Positions 12,648-23,868 of a stretch of DNA of 64,000 nt are shown piece after piece. Source of the DNA: Prorocentrum cordatum (Eukaryota); contig CAUYUJ010000181.1 in NCBI GenBank assembly GCA_963575745.1, positions 558,001-622,000 of the forward strand. Reading direction: 5' to 3'. Below the pieces are notes generated by a model. The model did no database searches. It was not told the origin of the DNA and saw nothing but the letters and a program-made list of their open reading frames with translations. How positions within the stretch are numbered: the first letter of the stretch is position 1; each line of letters starts with the position of its first letter. Position numbers and translations under genes: made by a program.

Positions 12648-13291
12648 CCGTCGGAGTCCATTAGTAGGTCGGGCCTGCCAAATCAAGGGTACTCTCGTGT
12701 CCTGTGCATCGCGCTTCGTGTCCTCTGCATTCCCCGGGCAAGGGAACCCTTGTGTCCTGTGCTTTCCGCGGGTGTCGGCGGCTTGGCCCGCGGCGTTCTG
12801 GGCGCGTCGCGCCTCGGGGAGGTCGCGGCCCTGGTCACGGGTGCCCTTGTGTCCTGGCAGATCTGGGGGTTCGGTTCGCTTCGATGCAAGATTGTGGTTT
12901 TAGCGCCGCGCCGCCGGCGCCGCGGCGAAGGGCATTCTCTGCGATGTCCTCTGATTGCGGCCGCGCCGCCAGTGAACCAACGACGCGTTCTCTCGAGGTC
13001 GCCCCTGCGCAGCAGGGTACTCCTGTGTCCGGTACTTGCCCAGCCCTGCAAGTTCGTTCATCGTCGCGTTCGGGCAGGTCGCGGGGCGCGCAAAGGGCAC
13101 CCTGCCGTCCTGCGCATTGGCTTCACTTCGGCGGGCTCCTGGGACCAGCAGTGGAGGCGCGCTTTTGGCGGAGTCACGCGGGCGCTCAGCCTGAGCCTCA
13201 TAGAGCGCTCTGTATTGTTCCGAATAGAAAAGACGCCGTGTTGGCTTGCAAACTAGAGCGCGCGCGAGCGGACGCGCGCTGGCGCGCGCGC

Positions 13292-16200
13292 GAGGAGTTC
13301 TGTATGGTCCACAACAGAAAAGCTGCCATGTAATTCCAAAAACTGAATTTGAAATTTCTGTGGCCCATTAAGAAGGCCGACGGACGCGCCGACTTTTCCA
13401 TTGTGGACAATACAGAAGTCCCCACGCGCGCGGGCGCGTGCGGACGCGCGCGCGTCCGCGCGCGCGCGCGTGAGGAGTTCTGTATTGTCCACAATAGAAA
13501 AGCCGCCATGTAATTCCAAAAACTGAGTTTGAAATTTCTGTGGCCCTTTAAGGAGGCCGACGGAAATGTCGACTTGTCTATTGTGGACAATACAGAGGTC
13601 CCCACGCGCGCGCGCGCGTGAGGAGTTCTGTATTGTCAACAATAGAAAAGCCGCCATGTAATTCCAAAAACTGAATTTGAAATTTCTGTGGCCCTTCTAA
13701 TGAGGCCGACGGAAATGTCGACTGTTCCATTGTGGACAATACAGCAATCCCCACGCGCGCGCGCGTGAGGAGTTCTGTATTGTCGGCAATAGAAAAGCCG
13801 CCATGTAATTCCAAAAACTGAATTTGAAATTTCTGTGGCCCTTTAAGGATGCCGACGGAAATGCCGACTTTTCTATTGTGAACAATACATGCGTCCCCAC
13901 GCGCGCGCGCGCGGACGCGCGCGCGTCCGCGCGCGCGCGCATGAGGAGTTCTGTATTGTCCGCAATAGAAAAGCCGCCATGTCATTTCCAAAACTGAATT
14001 TGAAATTTCTTTGGGCTTTTAAGGAGGCCGACGGGAATGTCGACTTCTCAATTGTGAACAATACCGAAGTCCCCAAGCGCAAGCGCGCGCGAGGAGTTCT
14101 GTATTGTCCCATGGAAAAGCCGCCATGCAATTCCAAACACTGAATTTGAAACTTGTGTGGCCCTGTAAGGAGGCCGACGGACATGTCGACTTTTCTTTTG
14201 TGAGCAATATAGAAAGTCCGCACGCGCGCGCGCGCGTGAGAAGCTCTGTATTGTCCACAATAGAAAAGCAGCCATGTAATTCCAAAAACTGAATTTGAAA
14301 TTTCTGTTGCCCGTTAAGGAGGCCGACGGAAATGTCGACTTCTTTATTGTGGGCACTACAGAAGTCCCCACGCGCGCGCGTGCGCGGACGCGCGCGCGGA
14401 CGCGCGCGCGCGTGAGGAGTTCTGTATTGTCCAACAGAAAAGCCGCCATGCAATTCCAAACACTGAATGTGAAATTTTTGTGGCCCTCTAAGGAGGCCGA
14501 CGGAAATGTCGACTTTTCTATTGTGGACAATGCAGAAGTCCCCGCGCGCGCGGGCGCGGGCGGACGCGCGCGCGTCCGCGCGCGCGAGCGTGAGGAGTTC
14601 TTCTGTATTGTCCACAATAGAAAAGCAAACTTGTAATTCCAAAAACTGTATTTGAAATTTCCGTGGCCCTTTAAGGAGGCCAACGGAAATGTCGACTTTT
14701 CTATTGTGGACAGTACAGAAGTCCCCACGCGCGCGCGCGCGTGAGGAGTTCTGTATTGTGCACAATAGAAAAGCCGCCACTTAATTCCAAAAACTGAATG
14801 TGAAATTTCTGTGGCCATTTCAAGATGCCGACGAAAATTTCGACTTCTCTATTCTGAACAATACAGAAGTCCCCACGCGCGCGCGCGCGTCAGCGCGCGC
14901 GTCAGCGCGCGCGCGCGCGTGAGGAGTTCTGTATTGTCCACAATAGAAAAGCCGCCATGTAATTCCAAAAATTGAATTTGAGAATTTTCTGTGGGCCTTT
15001 AAGGAGGCCGACGGAAATGTCGACTTTTCTATTGTGAATAATACAGAAGTCAGCGGGTGCGCGCGAGGAGCTCTGTATTGTCCACAGTAGGAAAGCCGCC
15101 ATGTATTTCCAAAAACTGAATTTGAACGTTCTGTGGCCCTTTAAGGAGGTCGTCGGAAATGTCGACTTTTCTTTTGTGAACCATACAGAAGTCCCCGCGA
15201 ACGCGCGCGTGAGGACTTCTGTATTGCCCACAATAGAGAAGCCGCCATGTAATTCCAAAAACTGAATTTGAAATGTAGATTGTTCGATTGTAAACAATAC
15301 AGAACTCCCCATGCGCGCGCGCGCGTGAGGAGTTCTGTATTGTCCACAATAGAAAAGCAGCCATGTAATTCCAAAAACTGAATTTGAAATTTCTGTGGCC
15401 CTTTAGGGCGGCCGACGGAAATGTCGATTTTTCTATTGCGGACAATACAGAAGTCCCCACGCGCGCGCGCGGACGCGCGCGCGTCCATGGCGCACGCGCG
15501 CGCGTGGAGTTCTGTATTGCCCACAATAAAAAAGCAAGCTTTTGTAGTCCCAAAAACTGAATTTGAAATTTCTGTGGCCCGTTAAGGAGGCCGACGGAAA
15601 CAAGGACTTTTCTATTCTGGACAATACAGAAGTCCCCACGCGCGCGCGCGCGCGGACGCGCGCGCGTCCCGCGCGCGCGCGTGTGAGGAGTTCTGTATTG
15701 CTAACAATAGAAAAGCCGCCATGTAATTCGAAAAACTGAATTTGAAGTTTCTGTTGCCCTTTGAGAAGGCCGACGGAAATGTCGACTTTTCTATTGTGGA
15801 CAATACAGAAGTCCCCGCGCGCGCGGGCGCGTGAGGAGTTCTGTATTGCCCACAACAGAGAAACCATTTTGTAATTGTAAAAACTGAATTTGAAATTTCT
15901 GTGGGCTTGTAAGGAGGCCGACGGAAATGTCGACATTTCTATTGTGGACAATACAGAAGTCCCCACGCGCGCGCGCGCGGACGCGCGCGCGTCCGCGCGC
16001 GCGCGTGAGGAATTCTGTATTGTGCACAATAGAGAAGCCGCCATTTTATTCCAAAAACTGAATTTGAAATTTCTGTGGCGCCTTAAGGAGGCAGACGACA
16101 ATCTCGACTTTTCTATTGTCAACCATACAGAATTCCCCCGTCAGCGCGCGCGCGTCAGCGCGCGCGCGCGTGAGGAGTTCTGTATTGTCCACAATAGAAA

Positions 16201-16930
16201 AGCCGCCATGTAATTCCAAAAACTGAATTTGAAATTTCTGTGGCCCTTTAGGGCGGCCGACGGAAATGTCGATTTTTCTATTGTGGACAATACAGAAAGT
16301 CTGCACGCGCCTGCGCGCGCGGACGCGCGCGCGTCCGCGCGCGCGTGCGAGCGCGCGCGCGCGTGAGGAGTTCTGTATTGTCCACAATAAAGAAGCCGCC
16401 ATGTAACTGCAAAAAGGAAATTTGAAATTTCTGTGGGCCTTTAAGGAGGCCGACGGAAATGCCGATTTTTCTACTGCGAACATTACAGAAGTCCCCGCAC
16501 GCGCGCGCGCGTGAGGAGTTCTGTATTGTCCACAATAGAGAAGCCGCCATGTAATTCCAGAAACTGAATTTGAAATTTCTGTGGGCCATTAAGGAGGCCG
16601 ACGGAAATGTCAACTTTTCTATTGTGAACAATACAGAAGTCCCCACGCGCGCGCGTGAGGAGTTCGGTATTGTCCACAATAGAAAAGCCGCCGTGTAATT
16701 CGAAAAACTGAGATTGAAATTTCTGTTGCCCTTTAAAGAGGCCGACGGACATGTCGACTTTGCTATTGCGAACAATACAGAAGTCCCCGCGCGCGCGTGA
16801 GGAGTTCTGTATTGCCCACAATAAAGAAGCCGCCATGTAATTGCAAAAACTGAATTTGAAATTTCTGTGGGCTTGTAAGGAGGCCGACGGAAATGTCGAC
16901 TTTTCTATTGTGAACAATACAGAAGTCCCC
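13292..16930. repeat. array of ~23 hairpin units with (CG)n linkers
   Basis: Same unit as 5511-9500; the unit at ~15211 has an internal deletion. Confidence 0.95.
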
Positions 16931-16931
16931 A

Positions 16932-17378
16932 CGCGCGTCCTCTCGTTTGTTCCGTCCGCGTCCGCGCCAATGTTCTCTGGTCTTCTGCCATGGCGACAGG
17001 TCGCTCTCCCGCGGAATGGTGGTCTGCGCGTCCTCTCGTTTGCGCCGTCCGCGTCCGCGCCCATGTTCTCTGGTCTCCTGCCATGGAGGCAGGTCGCTCT
17101 CCCGCGGGAGGGTGGTCTGCGCGTCCTCTCGTTTGCGCCGTCCGCGTCCGCGCCCATGTTCTCTGGTCTTCTGCCATGGCGAGAGGTCGCTCTCCCGCGG
17201 GAGGGTGGTCTGCGCGTCCTCTCGTTTGCGCCGTCCGCGTCCGCGCCCATGTTCTCTGGTCTTCTGCCATTGCGACAGGTCGCTCTCCCGCGGGAGGGTG
17301 GTCTGCGCGTCCTCTCGTTTGCGCCGTCCGCGTCCGCGCCCATGTTCTCTGGTCTTCTGCCATGGAGACAGGTCGCGT
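16932..17378 (+). repeat. 93-bp tandem repeat, about 4.8 units
   Basis: Same as 9500-9945. Confidence 0.95.
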
Positions 17379-17634
17379 GACCGCCCCCAGAGGGAGGTGG
17401 GCGCGCGCGGCGCATCGTGATTTACTTTTCTGCGCGGTGGGCGGCGCGGCCTGTCGGACACCCTTGGTGTCCTGTCCGACGTTGGCCCCCCGTCGCGGGG
17501 GCGCGGGTCGGCCGCGGGTGACCGCGGTCGCGGCCCCGAGAGGGTACCCTTGTGTCCTGTGGTTCTGGGAGGTCATGTTGCCGTCGGAAGAGTCCTGCGT
17601 CCTGTCGCGTGTCCTGTGCAATGGGCTCTGCCTG

Positions 17635-17960
17635 TAGTCCGATTTGCGCAAAGTCCCCGCTCGCCCCCGTCCTGTAGATTTTTGCGAAATCCCCGCCGTC
17701 TCCAATATGTGCAAAATCCCCCCCATCGCCCCCCCCTCGCCGTCCTTCTTATTTTTGCACAAAGCCCCCCCCCGCCCGCCCCCCTTTCCCCCCCCCCTTT
17801 CCCGTCCTTCCAGTTTTTGCAGAGCCCCCCCCTTTCCCACCCCCGTCCTTCAGATTTTGCCCCCCCCCCCCGGCTTTTTCGATTTAACGACGCCCCCCTC
17901 CCCCCCCCGCCCCTTCGCGATCGTTATCCCCCCCTCCCTCCCCCCCCCCCTCCGCCGATT
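17635..17960 (+). repeat. CCGATTTTTGCAAAGCCCCCC repeat, right part
   Basis: Continuation of the 12350-12647 motif. Confidence 0.75.
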
Positions 17961-18889
17961 GCGGAGCGGGCCTTTCCGTATTATATTTCGGTGCGAACCT
18001 TGGCGGCACATCAGGCGTGTGCGCCTTGGCACCCGGTGCCCCCCCCCCCTCCCAGGCGGGCGAGCGGGCGGCTGCGGCGGGCAAGCGGTTGCGCATGTTG
18101 CGCCGGGGTGATTGGTCGAGGGCGCGGGGCCTTTCGGGGCGGTGACGCCGTCCGATGGCCGACCCCGAGCATGCCCGACGTGGAAGTGCAGAGGCGGGCA
18201 GCGAGCGATTGCAAGGCGCGCCGCGGATACGGGCGGGCGCCGTGGGCGAGCGGCAGGGGGCGATAAGGGGGATGGTTGGGCTTGGCTTGTGGCCGACAGG
18301 GCCTGATGGCGCGCGGGCTTGGCAGCGCGCGGGAAAGCGGCGGTGGACTGCCGGGGGGAAGCGGGGCAGCGGCGGGCGGGGCGTTGCGAACGGGAAGGGG
18401 GGAGGGGGGGGCACATGCGGGAGGGGGAAGGAGGCGGGGGGGGTTCTAGTTTGGTTTTGCCCTGCCAATGCAATCCATATTCCGATCGGACGCTCCTCCC
18501 GCTCTACTTTCGCCATTCTTCGCCGACGGGCTCTGATTGCAATTGCCATGCTGGAAGACATCGTTGACGCGCCGCGGCGCAGCATCCTACAGCGTTGCCC
18601 CGTTGCCTGGGAAGCGTCGGGTTGCTTGTCGGCCCACAAGGCCTACGTCGCGATCGCGCGAGCCCAGGGCCGCAGTGCGTCTGCCCAACCCCGTCCCTTG
18701 TTCCAACAGGTTTGTGCACTTCTGCTATGCCCTCTGCTTTCCTGCTTTCCTAACACCGCTGTGACCCCCACTGCATCAGTTCCCAAAGCAATTCTGCGTT
18801 GGGGCCCTCGGTCTGAAGCGACGGCGCCCCGCGTCACCTTACTTCCCGCCCTCCCCCTCCCCCCAATCATCCCGCCCCTGTCCTGCGCT

Positions 18890-20235
18890 CCGTGCGTCAA
18901 TGTCGGCGCGCCTCTCCACGCGCTTCGTGACCGCGTAGGGAATTTCATGCGAGTTCCCAGTGGCGACGTCTGCATGCGTCCGCGCCGCCCATTACGGCGC
19001 ACCCATCGCGCGCTTCATGGCCCCGTACGGATCCCCACGTAAAGCCCCCGCGGCGACGTTGACATACGTCGGCGCCACCCATGGCGACGCGCCAATCACA
19101 CGTTCCGCAGCCCGATGGGGGGCTCCGCCAAATCCACCCAGTGGCGACGTCCACATGCGTCCGCGCCGCCCGTAACGGCGCACCCCTCAAACGTTTCGTG
19201 CCGTCATGGGGATCTCCACCCAAGACCGCAGTGGCGATGTTACATGCGCCAACGCTCCATAGGGTGCTCCACCGAAGGCCTCAGCGGCGGCGTTTACATA
19301 CGCCCGCGCAGCCCATGACAGCGCACCCGCGCGCCGTTCGTGGCCACGCAGCGAGCTCCCTGCACGGCACCACCGGCGATGTTTGCATGCGCTTGCGCCG
19401 CCCATGACGGCGCGCCTGTCGCAGTGTTCATGGCCCCAAAGCGAGCGCCGCCGAAGGCCCCAATGGCGACGCGCACATGCGCCCGCGCCATTCATTACGG
19501 CGCACACTTCGCACGGTCCGCGGCCCCATAGGGAGGTCCACGTAAGGCCCCAGTGCCGACGTATGCACGCGCCCGCGCCCCCAAGAAGGGCACACCGCTC
19601 ACGCGGTTCGTGGCCGCGTAGGGAGCTCCGCCTATAGCTCCACTGGCGACCTCTGCGTGCACCCGCGCCACGCATCACGGCGCACCGCTAACGCGTCCCG
19701 TGGCCCCACGGGGAGCCTCGCTTGAAGCCCCGACGGCGACGTTTACGCGCGCCCGCGTCGCCCGTTACGACGCGCCCCTCAGACGGCTCGTGGCCCATGA
19801 GGAGCCCCATCTAAGGCCCGAGTGACGACGTTAGCATGCCCCCCCCCCTCCCCGCCCCCTCCCCCCACACCCTCCCATTCACTCCGCCCGCCCACCCACC
19901 GCGACCACCAGCATCAACACACACACACACACACGCACGCACACACACGCGCACACACACACACACACATACCACCACCACCACCACCACCATCGCCACC
20001 ACCACCACCACCACCACCCACCACCACCAGCACCACACTTATACACACCACACACACCAACACACACACACACAGACACGCGCACGCACGCACACACACA
20101 CACCAACACACACAGACCACACACACACACACACACGCATTGTGGCGCACCCCGCGCGCGCTTCGTAGCCGCATGTGGAGCTGAAAGGGACGCGCCAGTG
20201 ACACTTGCCGATGCGTTGCCCCGTAGGAGGTTTCA
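18890..20235 (+). repeat. ~86-bp satellite (family A variant, about 11 units) + (CA)n/(ACC)n + final unit
   Basis: Same unit and layout as 3760-4810. Confidence 0.85.
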
Positions 20236-21529
20236 CCGAGGAGGGTGTTCACAAGTGCTGCGCTCCCAATTGCACATGGTATGGCTTTCCGTCACGATGA
20301 GTATATACCAGCTCTACGTCGTCCTACTACCACATGCCACACACTGGTTTCACATGACTCTGTCCTGTTCTGGAGTACTCGTCGGTGCTCATGTGGGTTT
20401 CGCGCTTCGTTGCTCAGGAGCCAGTCGTACTCGATTCACCTTCCGCATTACTGGAACAAACTTGCTCGACGCATACACTAACTCTCGTGTTTTCTCTGGT
20501 CTATTCCTACCCTATGGAGATTACGTCCAGTCTGCTGCTGTGTGACGAGTATCGGTACCCTGCTTTATTTCTATAATGTGCATACTCTAGCGGTGATGCG
20601 CTCGTTGTCTACTCCTCTCTTACTTAGGGAGGGGGAATAAGGAGGTGCCCGCGCCCATGTCATTGCTGTTTTGTTTTGTTTTTCGCAGCCAACGAAATGT
20701 TCAGGATTGTGGCCTCACACAAAGTTCAAAATCTCACGGACGAGCCTGAACCACATGCAGCCTCGATGGGCGACGTTGCCGCAGTTGCTTGCTGCGACAT
20801 GAGGCGGGCGTGGTTCCCACGCGCCACTCCAGCCATGCCGACCGTCGGCGCCGTCCTTCCCCTACTCTTCTAATGTCCCTCTGGCACACCATCATTCTCA
20901 ATCGTATCCTCCCTGGTTCGATCCCGCCTCACATGTCTTCGGATCTCTCACATCGCCCACCCCCATTCATCAGCATCATATTTTCCAGCCTTCCCCATCG
21001 TGAACAAAAAACACCAAGTCAAATTTTACTTGATTTTTCAATTCGTATGTAATTCAATTCTGTAGTCGTTGAGCTATATGAATGGTGAAAAGGGCTGAGG
21101 TGCCAGCGCTGAAAATGGCAATATCACCGAAAATATCTGCAAGTGTCCTACGTACGGATTTCAACCACGTTGGCCTTGCGACAATCGCGTCGAACAACGT
21201 GAGACCTGATTCCACATCTCCCGGCGGCCGCAATCATACTTGAGCAACGACGCAACTGCCAACCCCAAGTTATCCGATCCCCAAGCCCACGACCCCCAAA
21301 TATCGAATCGCAAGCAAACTGATTCCGGAAATCCTCCCGAATCGCGAAGAGAATGATTCCTGGAACTCCGAATCGCCGGAAACATGATTCTGGAAATTCT
21401 GAAGTGTTAACTTATTTTTGTTTCGCGTACAGACCAAAAGTCCGGAAATTCCGACACTACGTTCTGGAGATTCCGAAATAACATAAAGGAATTCCAGAAA
21501 TTAGGAGCACACATAAATGATTGTCGGTA

Positions 21530-21660
21530 GCGGTTGTCGCGAAACCAACGTGGTTGGCATCGAAATGTAAGGCACTTGCGGAAATACCCTATAACGTCGC
21601 CATTTCCAGCACTGGCACCACACCCCTTCACACCACACCCATGTCCTCCCTCCCCCTGGA
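21530..21660 (-). repeat. diverged inverted paralogue of the sequence flanking the 19.7-kb element (empty site)
   Basis: Reverse complement GGGAGGGAGGACATGGGTGTGGTGTGAAGGGGTGTGGTGCCAGTGCTGGAAATGG matches 1333-1354 joined to 21087-21120; similarity continues to ~21190. Confidence 0.75.
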
Positions 21661-22069
21661 GGCGCATGTGTTTCAAATCACCCTCCCACCCAGGCAATAT
21701 CGTCGCTTGGTCATCCAACGCAGTTTTAACTTCAGAAGTGCCTCATCGCGCTCTTTTTTAGAACCATTCCACCATGACCCATCAGCAACTAGTGCAGCCA
21801 TATCATGGAAGCTCACAGGCTCAACCAAACCCACATCCAATTTTAACGGTTTGAGCCCTACACCAAGCTGCCGAATTTCGTGCAAGCTTGATCCTGACAT
21901 CAAGCGAGTTGGATTTACCCAAACATCAATATGCATGGTCAGCACCCCTGTGAACTCGAGCCGGCTCGAGCAATAGCGCAGACAGATTAGGTCTGGGGCT
22001 CTGGTAGTGCTTCGTTTGCGATGCTGCATGTGTGTTGAAGCATCGGACCTCGAGTTTGACACCCACCAG

Positions 22070-22210
22070 TCAGGGGGACTTTGGGCGAAAAACTGAAAAT
22101 ACTCAAAGAATGCTCCCAAAATGCCCAACCATGGTCAACACGTCGTCCCCAGTCTATTTATTAAAATCATTTTTGGATATCCCTCCTGCAGGGGGACAGG
22201 CCCGACTTCA
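22070..22210. mobile_element. MITE family M1, left-truncated copy
   Basis: Ends CCCTCCTGCAGGGGGACAGGCCCGACTTCA like the other M1 copies; interior resembles 42660-42760. Confidence 0.65.
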
Positions 22211-22606
22211 GACAGCAGACAGTCGGAGCAGGGCGAGGGGCAGCTCGAGATCGGTCCCTCGGCAGTCCAGCCGCACCGGGTCTCTCAGGCTGCGTCCAGC
22301 CGTGGCCACGAGGGGACCCCCCCGAAGGCCAGCTCCCCTTGTCCTAACGCTTTTTTGTTGAAGGGGCCCTGGGACATACAAGTAAATACACATAAATAAC
22401 CAGATTCCCCATAGTTTTGATTTTTTGTTTGTTGATTTTCGTCTTCCCCCACACTTCCCATATTTTTGCATATTTTCCTGGGGGTCGACGATTAATTGTG
22501 TCTGTGTGTTTCTTTCCCTCCTGACCCTTGTCCCAACGCTTTTTGAGGGCAGACCTGCCTTCAGGCAAAAAACCGTCCTCACAATTTTTTGCGGGCGGAT
22601 CGTGAG

Positions 22607-22819
22607 CAGGGACCGACCGCCCCGGGATTCCTATAGGCCTGCCACGAAGTGTTCTTAGACCCAAGAATATGCTGAGAGAGAAAACAGTGTTCTTAGAATA
22701 TACGCCCAGACAAGACAGGTTCAGCCAGAAATATTATAAGGACAGTTCTTGCAGACCACAAAAGGTTCGTAGAACATTCTTTGATGGTCCTATCGGCCAG
22801 CCAGGACGCCTCGCCACTG
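22607..22819. mobile_element. MITE family M2 (CAGGG...CACTG, hAT-like termini)
   Basis: CAGGGACCGACCG...TTCCTATAGGCC and GCCAGGACG...GCCACTG are shared with 60724-60948 and 63151-63384. No TSD recognisable. Confidence 0.7.
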
Positions 22820-23837
22820 CTTGAAGATCTGCCTTGGAGAAAACCATTTGTTTGAAGGCAGTCTGCCTTCAACAAAAGCCGCCCTCTTCTGATTATCGCC
22901 ACCGGCGCTGCTGCCGCCGGCTTGCGGTTCATACCCCTCGGCTCCCCGGTGGCCGCTCGGGACGCCCCGGGTGCCGCAGGAAGGCCCTCGGCGAGGCGCA
23001 GCTGAGGAAAGTCATCCCAGGGGAGGGAAACGACGACGACGACGATGGAACCGCTGAAACCTTTTGAGAAACCGAGTCGAGGCGGCAGCGCGGGCCGCCG
23101 GCGCGGCAGCCGGTCCGTCGCGCAGGCAGCCGGCTCCCCGACTCCTCCCGGGCGCGGGCAGCTAGCCCATGGCGGCTCCGAGCGCGGGGCTGGCCCAGGG
23201 CCCCAAACCCACGCGCGGCGGAAGCGGCGGCGCCGGCATCGACGCCGTCCACGGCGGGGGCATCGGCAGCAACCGCGGCATCGCCACCGACGGCTGCGTC
23301 GAGGATGTCGTCGCTGTGGTCGTCGAGTCCCGTCGGCCGGGGCGGGCCGATGTGAGGCTCCCGTGCGAGTGTGACGTCCACGAAACCCCAGCCCCAACCC
23401 AGAGCCCCCCCTCACCTCCAGAGCCCTCCCCGTGCCCTGTTTAACCCCCAAGCCCCCGCCCTAATGGAATCCGACGCTCCCAAACTCCAGCCTCCAGCCC
23501 GAACCCACGCCCCCCCTTGAGGAGACTCGAAGGATGAGCATGATAAGGGCTCGCGATTGTAAGCATCAGCAGGAGGAACAAGAGGAGACGCATGAGCAGG
23601 AAGAGACATAAGAGATGCGACAATCGGCCGTGAAGTCGACGAGCAGGGGACGGGCCGAGGAGGCAAGGCAGACTTCGGTGCTCTCGTATCCTGTTCGTTT
23701 GGAGGGTGGGTGACGAACGCCGACAAAAGAGATGTGCATGATGGGCCGCCTCCAGATAACGGCAAAGAAGGAACGGCTGGGAGGAACGGCAAACGGTGAG
23801 GGCGAAGGAGAGAGGGAGAGACGGGGATGGTGACAAG

Positions 23838-23868
<31 letters not shown>

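Larger units (their letters stand above)
12648..17634 (+). mobile_element. 5.0-kb non-autonomous Tc1/mariner-like element, copy 2
   Basis: Starts CCGTCGGAGTCCATT and ends AATGGGCTCTGCCTG; TG on the left, TA on the right. Head and tail are near-identical to copy 1. It splits a simple repeat. Confidence 0.8.
1355..21081. mobile_element. ~19.7-kb non-autonomous TIR element with 5-bp target-site duplication (TSD, ATGGT), filled with nested repeats
   Basis: 1355-1421 aligns ungapped to the reverse complement of 21015-21081 (about 49/67 by eye). ATGGT lies at 1350-1354 and 21082-21086. The joined flanks match an uninterrupted paralogue at ~21530-21660 (-). No transposase seen. Confidence 0.7.

Noticed and set aside
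5511..16930. CRISPR array
   Set aside because: Repeats are ~132 bp, spacers are low-complexity (CG)n rather than unique sequence, no cas genes are present, and the context is eukaryotic.
5472..17461. Long periodic ORFs (RARAR..., GRRPENMGADADG...)
   Set aside because: They are translations of the 132-bp and 93-bp repeats, open in several frames on both strands and broken by linker-length changes.
20400..20640. Copia RNase H end (TGTNLLDAYT) plus polypurine tract
   Set aside because: Only one weak motif and no LTR pair found.
1369..21067. CACTA transposon call for the big element
   Set aside because: The right end reads TAGTC, there is no 3-bp TSD at that position, and the inverted similarity extends 14 bp further out to the ATGGT duplication.
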